Source: an uncultured Planctomycetaceae bacterium
GTDB lineage: Bacteria > Planctomycetota > Phycisphaerae > UBA1845 > UTPLA1
DNA length: 43,278 nucleotides
Direction of reading: 5' to 3'
Assembly: GCA_964464105.1 (NCBI GenBank)
Contig: CAYXEY010000001.1
Location: 1 to 43,278, forward strand
The notes under the pieces were generated by a model. That model had not been told where the DNA came from. It did not search any database and saw nothing but the letters and a program-made list of their open reading frames with translations. Below, in pieces: positions 12,025 through 19,913 of the stretch. Numbering within the stretch: position 1 is the stretch's first letter; each line of letters begins with the position of its first letter. Made by a program: the position numbers and the translations under genes.

Positions 12025-12885
12025 ATGAAAAACCATTCTAGTGCAAATGGCCTGTTCGTCCCGGAAGTCGACCCTTACTACTATGTGAGTACGGAGAATC
12101 AGAGCTTTCTCGATAAATTTGCCAAGATATCGAAAAAGCATCCGGTCAATGTACTGGTGGTCGGGAAACAGGGCTGCGGCAAGTCCTCGCTGGTGCGGCA
12201 ATACGCCGCCGTCAACAGGTTGCCCCTGGCGACCTTCCAGATCGGCATTCTGTCCGAGCCGGGGCAATTGTTTGGTGAATACGCGCTGGAGAACGGAGAG
12301 ACCCGCTACAAGCAGTTCCTCTTCCCCCAGGCGATCCAGACACCCAATTGCGTCATCCACCTTGAAGAGATCAACCGCCCCGAGCATCCGAAAGCGTTGA
12401 ACATGTTGTTCTCCATCCTCTCCGATGATCGTCAGGTATGGATGGATGAACTCGGCCTGCTGCAGGTTGCGCCCGGCGTCGTTTTCTTCGCGACGCTCAA
12501 CGAAGGCGCTGAATTCGTCGGCACCGAACTACTCGACCCGGCCCTGCGCGACCGCTTCTATGTCACGACCATGGATTTCCTGCCGAATGAAGTTGAAATC
12601 GAGGTGCTGGAAAAGAAAACGGGCGTGACAAATGAGCAGGCGAGGGAAATCATCGCGGTGGCGAACAGCATTCGCGCCAATGCAGACCTCGGCGTCGACG
12701 TTTCCACACGCAAGATCCTGATGCTCGGCGAGATGATCGCCGCCGGCGGAACGCTGCGCGAAGCCATCGTGACGAGTCTCCAAACCGACAAGAAGACGCT
12801 TGAATCGGTTTTGCTGTCCCTGCACGTGAATCTGGGGAAGGTGGAAAAAAGCAAGACAGAATACGTTCAATACATCGCCGCCTAA
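12025..12885 (+). CDS. bssE: MoxR-class AAA+ ATPase (CbbQ/NorQ-like), BssE
   Basis: 286 aa. Walker A 'VVGKQGCGKSSL', Walker B-like 'CVIHLEEINR', 'ALRDRF' sensor region. Position directly after bssB. Confidence 0.85.
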   Translation: MKNHSSANGLFVPEVDPYYYVSTENQSFLDKFAKISKKHPVNVLVVGKQGCGKSSLVRQYAAVNRLPLATFQIGILSEPGQLFGEYALENGETRYKQFLFPQAIQTPNCVIHLEEINRPEHPKALNMLFSILSDDRQVWMDELGLLQVAPGVVFFATLNEGAEFVGTELLDPALRDRFYVTTMDFLPNEVEIEVLEKKTGVTNEQAREIIAVANSIRANADLGVDVSTRKILMLGEMIAAGGTLREAIVTSLQTDKKTLESVLLSLHVNLGKVEKSKTEYVQYIAA

Positions 12886-12893
12886 GGTCTTCC

Positions 12894-14630
12894 ATGGCCA
12901 AGAACCACGACACCACACTTCGGCTGATGAGCAGCGCTGGGGACGTCAAGCGTTTCGTCATTCCCGGCGAGGAGGGCTATTCGGATTTCTGGCGTAGAGA
13001 CAAGTCACCGATCGAATCCGTCGAGTTGGTGAAGCTATTGGTCGCAATTCGCAAACTGTCGACTTTTATCGGGCGCAACGTCGGAGAGATCGTCTGGTCT
13101 GGAATGGAACTCGACAATGCGCTCGCCCTCGATCCAACGCCAATAATGGGCACGTATCCGGTGCCGGCGGGAAAGACCGATCTGATGGTCGGCCTCATGG
13201 TTCAGGAGGCATACAAGCGCGTCGAGTGGTCCGAGCGCCTGCGCGAAATGTTCCGGCTGCGTGTCCAGCCGCCGACGCAATATGAATACAAATTCGACAT
13301 GTTCTTCACCGTCTGCGAGTCCGTCTACGTCGACGGCCTGGCCAACAAGAGCGTGCTCGGCTACTACGCCGAGGCGGCGCGTGACTGGCGTATCGTCAAG
13401 ACGCTGAAGAGTCTGATCAAGCCGCCCACCCTTTCCGAGATGCTGCACCTGTGGTGGCGCTTGGCAGCCAACCGCGATCCGGAGCTCTACAAGCAAGGCC
13501 ACAGCGACCTCACACTCGGCGGCCTGGTCATGCGGGGTAGCCTGGACCAGTACTACAGCAAGCCGATGCAGACCATGAACAGCATTGTGCCGGCCCTGCG
13601 TAACGACTGCCCCGAGCTCTCGAGCGTCAGCGATCGCTGTGACTTCCGCCTTGATCTCTACGAGAAGCTATGGCGCGAGGTGCTCACGCACATCCGCTTC
13701 TGGCCCGGCGATCGCAGCGATCGATTCATGATGCCCGACATGGGCGATGATGATGAACTGGCCCGGGAAGAGGCGGAGCAAGCGGCCGTCAAGGCCACCA
13801 TCGTCAATTACGCCAACCTGATCGAGGCGGCACTGCCGCAGAAGAACCGGGACTTCACCGATCAGATCAAAGGCAACGTGGCAAACTTCGAGAACGTTGC
13901 CCGAGTCGAGGGAAACGACATCGTCATGATGGCGCGCAACCGCGTCGATCGTCACCTGTTGCACAAGCTCCAGCAAGTGGTGCGGAACGCCACCGATCGC
14001 CGGAGCGTTTTCAACCGCGGGCTGAATTCAGGGAAGATTCATAGTCGGCGGCTTTACCGCGCCCACACGACCGGTGCCGTGTTCCAACAAAAGAAGCACG
14101 AGTTCGACATGCGAAAGAATGTCGTGCTGCTCGTCGACGCGACCGGATCGATGGCGGATCCGACGCAATGGGACCAAGCGGAAATGATCTACCAGACGCT
14201 ATTCACGGCGATTCTGGAGTATACGAGCAACGCACGACTATTCGCCTACAACGAGGTCAAGAACGCCTGCCGCATCACCGAGATCTATCGTGGTGGCCGC
14301 ATGCTCACGGTGTTGCCGCACGGAAGGACGGCTTCCGGCGAAGCCATCATCGCCACGGCGCTGAATACCCGTACACCGGGAAAAAATACGCTGTTGGTCC
14401 ACATCACCGACGGCGCCTCGAACTGGGGGTGCGGCGTCGCAGATGCCATCAAGTACTGCAAGGGTAACGGTATCAGCCTGCTCACCTTGGGCATCAGCTG
14501 CAGTCTGTCCGCCAAACAATCGCTACGCGACGAATACGGCAGTCTCGTGAAGTTCGTCGACAAGACGGAGCAATTGCCCAAGTTGTTTGGCGAGTTGATC
14601 ATCAGCGAAATGCGTGAATCGAGGACATGA
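12894..14630 (+). CDS. bssF: BssF-like protein with a C-terminal von Willebrand factor A (MIDAS) domain
   Basis: 578 aa. C-terminal vWA signature 'VVLLVDATGSM', 'GRTASGEAI', 'LLVHITDGASN'. Starts 8 nt after bssE, and its stop overlaps the next start (ATGA at 14627-14630). Confidence 0.75.
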   Translation: MAKNHDTTLRLMSSAGDVKRFVIPGEEGYSDFWRRDKSPIESVELVKLLVAIRKLSTFIGRNVGEIVWSGMELDNALALDPTPIMGTYPVPAGKTDLMVGLMVQEAYKRVEWSERLREMFRLRVQPPTQYEYKFDMFFTVCESVYVDGLANKSVLGYYAEAARDWRIVKTLKSLIKPPTLSEMLHLWWRLAANRDPELYKQGHSDLTLGGLVMRGSLDQYYSKPMQTMNSIVPALRNDCPELSSVSDRCDFRLDLYEKLWREVLTHIRFWPGDRSDRFMMPDMGDDDELAREEAEQAAVKATIVNYANLIEAALPQKNRDFTDQIKGNVANFENVARVEGNDIVMMARNRVDRHLLHKLQQVVRNATDRRSVFNRGLNSGKIHSRRLYRAHTTGAVFQQKKHEFDMRKNVVLLVDATGSMADPTQWDQAEMIYQTLFTAILEYTSNARLFAYNEVKNACRITEIYRGGRMLTVLPHGRTASGEAIIATALNTRTPGKNTLLVHITDGASNWGCGVADAIKYCKGNGISLLTLGISCSLSAKQSLRDEYGSLVKFVDKTEQLPKLFGELIISEMRESRT

Positions 14631-15208
14631 CCGAAGTGAGCACTACCTTACTCGAACACGTGCTGGAAGCCGAATGGCAGATGTTCGTTTGCGTCAGAAG
14701 TGCACGGCACGCCCCCTGTCAGAGCGCTCCCGACAACTTCAAGACGATCCGTTCCAGCCTGTTCGAGACGTGGACGCAACCGATGCTGGCCTCTTATCTT
14801 GCAGACCTGGATGAGGCCGAGAGGGTTGGGCGCAACCTGCTTGCGGAAAAATACGCGCGCATGGACAACTTGATTCCTGCGCTATCGAGCAGCCCGCTGA
14901 TCGACATCATCGTCACCATCGAAAGCAATTGGCAGGAAGCGTTGAAACGCAGCTATCCCGCCCTTTATCAGCGATGTTGCCGCAGCATGGATGAAACCGG
15001 CGACGGCCGGAATTTCGGAATCTATCTGGGCTGCGAACTGGAGACCTACGGCGATCATACATTGCAGCTGTATTTCGAGAACATCGAGGCCGCCGTCGCT
15101 GCCAATCGCAATCTCGCGGTCGAGGCCCTGCATCGGCTGGTGTGCAAGAACGGCTATCGCGACCTGGATCACGCCGAGAGCGTGTTGAAATACGGAGAAA
15201 CAGCATGA
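14627..15208 (+). CDS. bssG: BssG-like conserved protein (DUF4125-like)
   Basis: 193 aa. 'EAEWQMFVCVRSARHAPCQSAPDNFKTIRSSLFETW...SYLADLDEAERVGRNLLAEKYARM' matches my memory of the DUF4125 pattern. Translationally coupled on both sides. Confidence 0.7.
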   Translation: MTEVSTTLLEHVLEAEWQMFVCVRSARHAPCQSAPDNFKTIRSSLFETWTQPMLASYLADLDEAERVGRNLLAEKYARMDNLIPALSSSPLIDIIVTIESNWQEALKRSYPALYQRCCRSMDETGDGRNFGIYLGCELETYGDHTLQLYFENIEAAVAANRNLAVEALHRLVCKNGYRDLDHAESVLKYGETA

Positions 15209-15486
15209 ACATCGACGTTAGGCTGAACCTGCTCGGCGTACTGGGCATCGACCAGAGCGAACTCGCCATCGACACGCCGGCGGACGCCACGGTCGCCACA
15301 TTGATCAGCTTGATCGACCAGCACAATCCCGGCTTCGCTGCGGCGGTGACGAACGACGCCGGAGGCCTCTCGCCGCAGTTCGTATTCTTCATCAATGGCC
15401 GCAATGTCGTACTCGTCGATGGCATGAATACCAGACTGAACGCCGGCGATGTGGTCAACGTGATTCCGGCCATTGCCGGAGGCTGA
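15205..15486 (+). CDS. MoaD/ThiS-family ubiquitin-fold protein with C-terminal Gly-Gly
   Basis: The internal ATG at 15205 overlaps the bssG stop (ATGA). 93 aa ending 'LNAGDVVNVIPAIAGG*', the canonical MoaD/ThiS C-terminus. Confidence 0.75.
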   Translation: MNIDVRLNLLGVLGIDQSELAIDTPADATVATLISLIDQHNPGFAAAVTNDAGGLSPQFVFFINGRNVVLVDGMNTRLNAGDVVNVIPAIAGG

Positions 15487-15500
15487 AAGGGAGGTACAAC

Positions 15501-16025
15501 ATGATCGTCGACCGGCCGGAATCGCACTTCATCTTCGTCGTTCCTCTGGATCACATCGAGTACCGTTACAACTACATCACCCTGCGCGGCGAGCCGCTGA
15601 CCAACAAGCAGTACCTCGAACATTGGGGAAAATGGCTTGTGTTCGGCATGCGCGAGGAAGTCGAGGAACTGGCCAGGAAGCTGGACCCCTATGTCGAAGA
15701 AAAGACGGTTCCCGCCGTCAAATACGATCGCGAGTTGATCACCGAATTCGAGCTCAACCGCTGCGTCATGTGTGTCTATTGTCACGATGAAACCAAGGAC
15801 GAGGTTTGGGAAATCCTGGCTGCGCTCGGCGTCAAGGACAAGGCATGGATGTATGAACGGGAGACGCTGGAGAAATGGCTGCCCGGCGGTGTCAATCTGG
15901 AAAAGTGGATTCAGGGGCGCGGTCTGGATCATGAACACGCCGAACGCGTACGTGCAGATGCACGTACAAAGTTCAAGAGAATTTTCGCGGACGAGAATGA
16001 AATCTTCACCGGCATCGATCAATAG
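15501..16025 (+). CDS. Conserved hypothetical protein of the bss accessory block (family not placed)
   Basis: 174 aa with GGGAGG upstream. Non-biased composition. Motifs 'HWGKWLVFG' and 'RCVMCVYCHDE' (C-x2-C-x2-C-H). Confidence 0.6.
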   Translation: MIVDRPESHFIFVVPLDHIEYRYNYITLRGEPLTNKQYLEHWGKWLVFGMREEVEELARKLDPYVEEKTVPAVKYDRELITEFELNRCVMCVYCHDETKDEVWEILAALGVKDKAWMYERETLEKWLPGGVNLEKWIQGRGLDHEHAERVRADARTKFKRIFADENEIFTGIDQ

Positions 16026-16174
16026 CCTGAATCCGTGTCCGCTCGCCCTCAGGCGACACCCGCAAGCATGAGTCCCGAGCGCGTTGACCGGCAACATCAG
16101 CCTGCCGAGGGTTCGTCCCCCCCGTCGTCATGGCATGGCGCGCGGGCGGCCCGGCATCCGCGGCGGGTAGCGCG

Positions 16175-17449
16175 ATGACCGACGCGAGTCGCGGCACCAC
16201 GCGCGCCCGGGCGCCCGCCGCAGCCGTCGGGTGCCCTGCCGCAGGTCCGCTGCCAAGCCGCAGTGCGCGTCTGCTGTGGCTGATCACCGGCTTCTGGATG
16301 TTGCAGCCCCTGTCGACCGACCTCTATCTGGCGTCGCTGCCGGAACTGGCGTCGTCCTTCCGCGTGCCGCCGGCGACGGTGCAACAAACTTTGTCGATGT
16401 TTGCGCTCGGCGTTGCCTTGTCGCAGCTTGTCAGCGGCCCCCTGTCGGATCGCTTTGGCCGCCGCCCGGTCCTGCTGGGCGGCTTACTGATTCATGTCGC
16501 GGCAAGCATGGCCTGCGCATTCACCACGCACATCGACGCGCTCATCGCCGCCCGCTTCGCTCAGGCCGCCGGCAGCTGCACCGTCGCCGTCATCGCCCGC
16601 GCAGTCGTCCGCGACGCCTACTCGGTCGGTGAAGGTACGCAGGTGATCGCCCACTCGACGAGCGTGCTTGCGGTAGCCCTGCTGCTCGCCCCCATCGTCG
16701 GTGCCCAAGTGCAGACCACCTTCGGCTGGCGCGCCAACTTCGCGCTGCTGACGCTCGCCGGCACCGCCCTCGCACTAACCTCGATCGTGCGCTTCACCGA
16801 GACGAGGACGCAGCACAACCCCGTGGCGATCCGCCCCACCGCGCTGCTGCGCAACTACGGCGCGCTGCTGCGTAGCCCCGGGTTCTGGGCATACGCGTTG
16901 CCCGGAGCGCTCTCATTCGGGATGGTATTCGTCTTCATCTCCGGCGCATCGTTCGCACTCATCGACGTGCTCGGCGTGCCCACGCGCTACTTCGGCTACT
17001 GCTTCGCACTCGGCGTACTCGGTTACCTGGTCGGCACCCAGGTCTGCCGGCGCATCCTGCCGCGCTACGGGCTGTCGCGCACGCTCCGCCGCGGCAGCAC
17101 GCTGTCATTGGTGGCGGGCCTGAGCTTGGGCGCCGGACTCACGCTCGGCCTGCAGCACTGGACGACCGTCGTCGTCGCCCACTTTCTCGTCACCCTCGCG
17201 CACGGCATCAACAGCCCATGCGCGCAGAGCGGTGCAATCGCGCCCTTCCCCGAAAAAGCCGGCACCGCCGCGGCCCTGCTCGGATCGCTGACGATGCTCT
17301 CGGCCTTCCTGGTCACGACGCTGATCGGCGCAAGTTACGACGGCACGCTCCGTCCGCTCGCTGCCGTCTGCGCGCTGCTCGCGCTCGCGCTGTTCGTCGC
17401 CGAACGTGCCCTCGCCGCACACCGCCCGGCTGAGGAGGCACGATCATGA
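16175..17449 (+). CDS. MFS transporter, Bcr/CflA-like (possibly the BssH-type transporter)
   Basis: About 12 predicted TM segments. N-terminal family motif 'LSTDLYLASLPELASSF' and 'GPLSDRFGRRPVLLGG'. Start uncertain: 16130 (listed) or the ATG at 16175. Confidence 0.85.
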   Translation: MTDASRGTTRARAPAAAVGCPAAGPLPSRSARLLWLITGFWMLQPLSTDLYLASLPELASSFRVPPATVQQTLSMFALGVALSQLVSGPLSDRFGRRPVLLGGLLIHVAASMACAFTTHIDALIAARFAQAAGSCTVAVIARAVVRDAYSVGEGTQVIAHSTSVLAVALLLAPIVGAQVQTTFGWRANFALLTLAGTALALTSIVRFTETRTQHNPVAIRPTALLRNYGALLRSPGFWAYALPGALSFGMVFVFISGASFALIDVLGVPTRYFGYCFALGVLGYLVGTQVCRRILPRYGLSRTLRRGSTLSLVAGLSLGAGLTLGLQHWTTVVVAHFLVTLAHGINSPCAQSGAIAPFPEKAGTAAALLGSLTMLSAFLVTTLIGASYDGTLRPLAAVCALLALALFVAERALAAHRPAEEARS

Positions 17450-18030
17450 CCCTTCCCCTACCCGGCGGCGAAGCCGCCTGGATTGCCGCGCGCGCTGACG
17501 CTTCGCGCTACGTCCTGTCCGAACACGTGATCCGCGCGCTGATGGCGGGGCGGATATGCGTCCCGCAGATCGAAGCCGCGCTGCGCGGCGGTCACGTCAT
17601 CGAGGAACACCGGCATCGCGAACGCGACCCCGCTTACCTGCTGTGCGCGGTCCACAACGGCAAGCCGGTGCATGCGATCACGGCGCCACGCGCCGACGGC
17701 TGGCTCGTGGTCACCCACGCCTACGTGCCGGCGCCCCCCTTGTGGCGCACCGCATTGCACCGTTCTTCAGGAGAGCCGACGATGTCCGATTCGATCACGA
17801 CCTGTTTCTTCTGCGGCGGCGCCATCAAACAGGTGACCGTAGGCAATTTCGACTACCGCCTCGAGGGACGGCTGTATGTCATCAAGAAGGTTCCCGCCGG
17901 CCTGTGCCAGCAGTGCGGCGAAAAATACGTCGATGCCGAGGTCGGGCGGCGGCTCAATACGCTGATCGCACAGCAGGCCTTCACCGGCAGCGAGGCCGTC
18001 AGCGTCATCGACTACGCGACCGCGCCGTGA
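17446..18030 (+). CDS. DUF4258 toxin-like domain fused in frame to a YgiT/MqsA-type zinc-finger domain
   Basis: N-terminal half 'YVLSEHVIRALMAGRICVPQIEAALRGGHVIEEH...DPAYLLCAVHNGKPVHAITAP...VVTHAYVP' is DUF4258-like. C-terminal half 'CFFCGG...VPAGLCQQCGEKYVD' is YgiT-type. No stop between them. An internal AGGAGA plus ATG at 17782 could start the zinc-finger part separately. Confidence 0.65.
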   Translation: MTLPLPGGEAAWIAARADASRYVLSEHVIRALMAGRICVPQIEAALRGGHVIEEHRHRERDPAYLLCAVHNGKPVHAITAPRADGWLVVTHAYVPAPPLWRTALHRSSGEPTMSDSITTCFFCGGAIKQVTVGNFDYRLEGRLYVIKKVPAGLCQQCGEKYVDAEVGRRLNTLIAQQAFTGSEAVSVIDYATAP

Positions 18031-18950
18031 ACGGCCTGACGCTCGCCGAACGGTATTTCGAGCGCTACGGCGGCGAATTGCTCGGGGGCGAATTCGCGCC
18101 TTGGCGAGAGCGCATCGCGGTGGGGCTCGCAGGTGACGGTTCCGACTGCCTGGGGTTCGACGACGAGCAGTCGCGCGATCACGATTGGGGTCCGGGTTTC
18201 TGCATGTGGCTGAGCACGGCGGATTACGCCGCGATCGGCGCGTCGCTGCAGCGGGCTTATGAGCGGCTACCGAAGTCGTTCGCGGGCTTCGAGCGCTCGA
18301 CCACCGAATGGGGTGGCGGACGCGTCGGCGTGCTCGAGATCGGCGCCTGGTACAAGCAGTATCTCGGCCATCCCGAAGGACCGCAGACGCTCTTCGACTG
18401 GCTGCGCATCCCTGAAAAGAATCTCGCTGCGTGCACCTCCGGACGGATCTTTCACGACCCGCTCGACGAGTTCTCGCGGCGCCGACGTGAGCTGCTCGCA
18501 TTCTATCCGGAAGACGTCAGGCTCGCGAAGATCGCAGCCCGCTGCATGTCGATCGGCCAATCGGGGCAGTACAACTTCGCGCGAGCACTCGCGCGCGACG
18601 AGCTCTTCGCGGCGCGCTATGCCGAAACGAAGTTCTGCAACGATCTGATGTCGCTCGTCTATCTGCTCAATCACCGCTATGCGCCGTATTACAAGTGGCT
18701 TCACCGCGGCCTGCTCGCGCTACCCCGCCTGGGCTGCACCGTCCATCCGCAGCTCATGGCGCTGGTGTCGTCGTCCGACCCGGAGCTGAAGCATGCGTGC
18801 ATCGACATGCTGTGCGAGGCCGTGATCGCCGAGATCCGCGGTGAAGGGCTGAGCGACTCGGAAAGCCCATTTCTTGTCGATCATGGTCCACTCATCCACG
18901 AGCGCATTCACGATCCGTCATTGCGCCGCCTGAGTGTCCTGATCGGCTAG
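18027..18950 (+). CDS. DUF4037-domain protein
   Basis: The GTG at 18027 overlaps the preceding stop (GTGA). 'VGLAGDGSDCLGFDDEQSRDHDWGPGFCMWL' matches my memory of the DUF4037 signature. The listed 17556 start is a GC-rich out-of-frame overlap with the previous gene. Confidence 0.7.
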   Translation: MNGLTLAERYFERYGGELLGGEFAPWRERIAVGLAGDGSDCLGFDDEQSRDHDWGPGFCMWLSTADYAAIGASLQRAYERLPKSFAGFERSTTEWGGGRVGVLEIGAWYKQYLGHPEGPQTLFDWLRIPEKNLAACTSGRIFHDPLDEFSRRRRELLAFYPEDVRLAKIAARCMSIGQSGQYNFARALARDELFAARYAETKFCNDLMSLVYLLNHRYAPYYKWLHRGLLALPRLGCTVHPQLMALVSSSDPELKHACIDMLCEAVIAEIRGEGLSDSESPFLVDHGPLIHERIHDPSLRRLSVLIG

Positions 18951-18971
18951 AGCCGGAAACGGGAGATTCCC

Positions 18972-19913
18972 ATGACGAAACGGATATTGATCATTGGTGG
19001 CAGCTATTTCGCCGGCCGTGTCTTCGTCGAGGAGGCGCTGAAGATGGAGAACGCCGAGCTGCATGTCTTCAACCGCGGCAACCTGCCCCTGCGCATGGAT
19101 CGCGTCACCGAGTACGTCGGCGACCGCGAGCTAGATGTGCGCGATGCGATTCCGGAGCTGGAATGGGATGCTGTCGTCGATTTCTGCGCCTACACCCCGG
19201 CGCACGTCGAAACCCTGCTCGGCAGCCTGCGCGGCGCCGCCGCCCAGTATCTGTTCGTCAGCACCACGACGGTGTACCGCAAGACGACTCGCCAGCCGGT
19301 CGACGAGCGCGCGCAGCTACTTGACGGGCCGCAGCCGGAGCTGGGCGAGTACGCCTCATACGGCTACGACAAATGCCTGGCCGAGCAGGCCGCGCACCGC
19401 GAATGCGAGCGGCTCGGGATCGCACTGACCGTGCTGCGCCCCGCGATCATCTACGGCTACTACAACTATGCGCCGCGCGAGACCTATTTCTTCGACCGCC
19501 TGCGCTATCGCGAGCCCATCGTGATCCCGGAGCCGGGGGCGTCGCGCTTCAACTTCATCTGGGTCGTCGACATGGCGCACCTGCTCCGGCAGTGCATCGG
19601 CGATACACGCACATTCGGAGAAACCTTCAATCTCGCTTCGGGCGAGCTGGTGTCCTACGCCCGCATCGTCGAGGCGCTTCGCGAGATCACCGGCAAGACG
19701 GTCGAGACCCGCGGCCTGCCGGTCGAGGAGATCTCACGCCGTAACATCCCTTTGCCGTTCCCGATCGACGAGGACCTCGTCTATAGCGGCGCAAAGATCG
19801 ACCGCCTTTTCGGCTTCCAGCACACACCGTTCCACGTCGGCCTGCGCGAGACGCTCAAGTATTACCTGATGACGAAGCGTCGGGAGGCTGCAGCCGGCGG
19901 GGAGCCGCGATGA
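18972..19913 (+). CDS. NAD-dependent epimerase/dehydratase-family (extended SDR) protein
   Basis: 313 aa with GGGAGA upstream. Rossmann N-terminus 'ILIIGGSYFAGRVF' and 'YGYDK' (YxxxK). Confidence 0.85.
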   Translation: MTKRILIIGGSYFAGRVFVEEALKMENAELHVFNRGNLPLRMDRVTEYVGDRELDVRDAIPELEWDAVVDFCAYTPAHVETLLGSLRGAAAQYLFVSTTTVYRKTTRQPVDERAQLLDGPQPELGEYASYGYDKCLAEQAAHRECERLGIALTVLRPAIIYGYYNYAPRETYFFDRLRYREPIVIPEPGASRFNFIWVVDMAHLLRQCIGDTRTFGETFNLASGELVSYARIVEALREITGKTVETRGLPVEEISRRNIPLPFPIDEDLVYSGAKIDRLFGFQHTPFHVGLRETLKYYLMTKRREAAAGGEPR

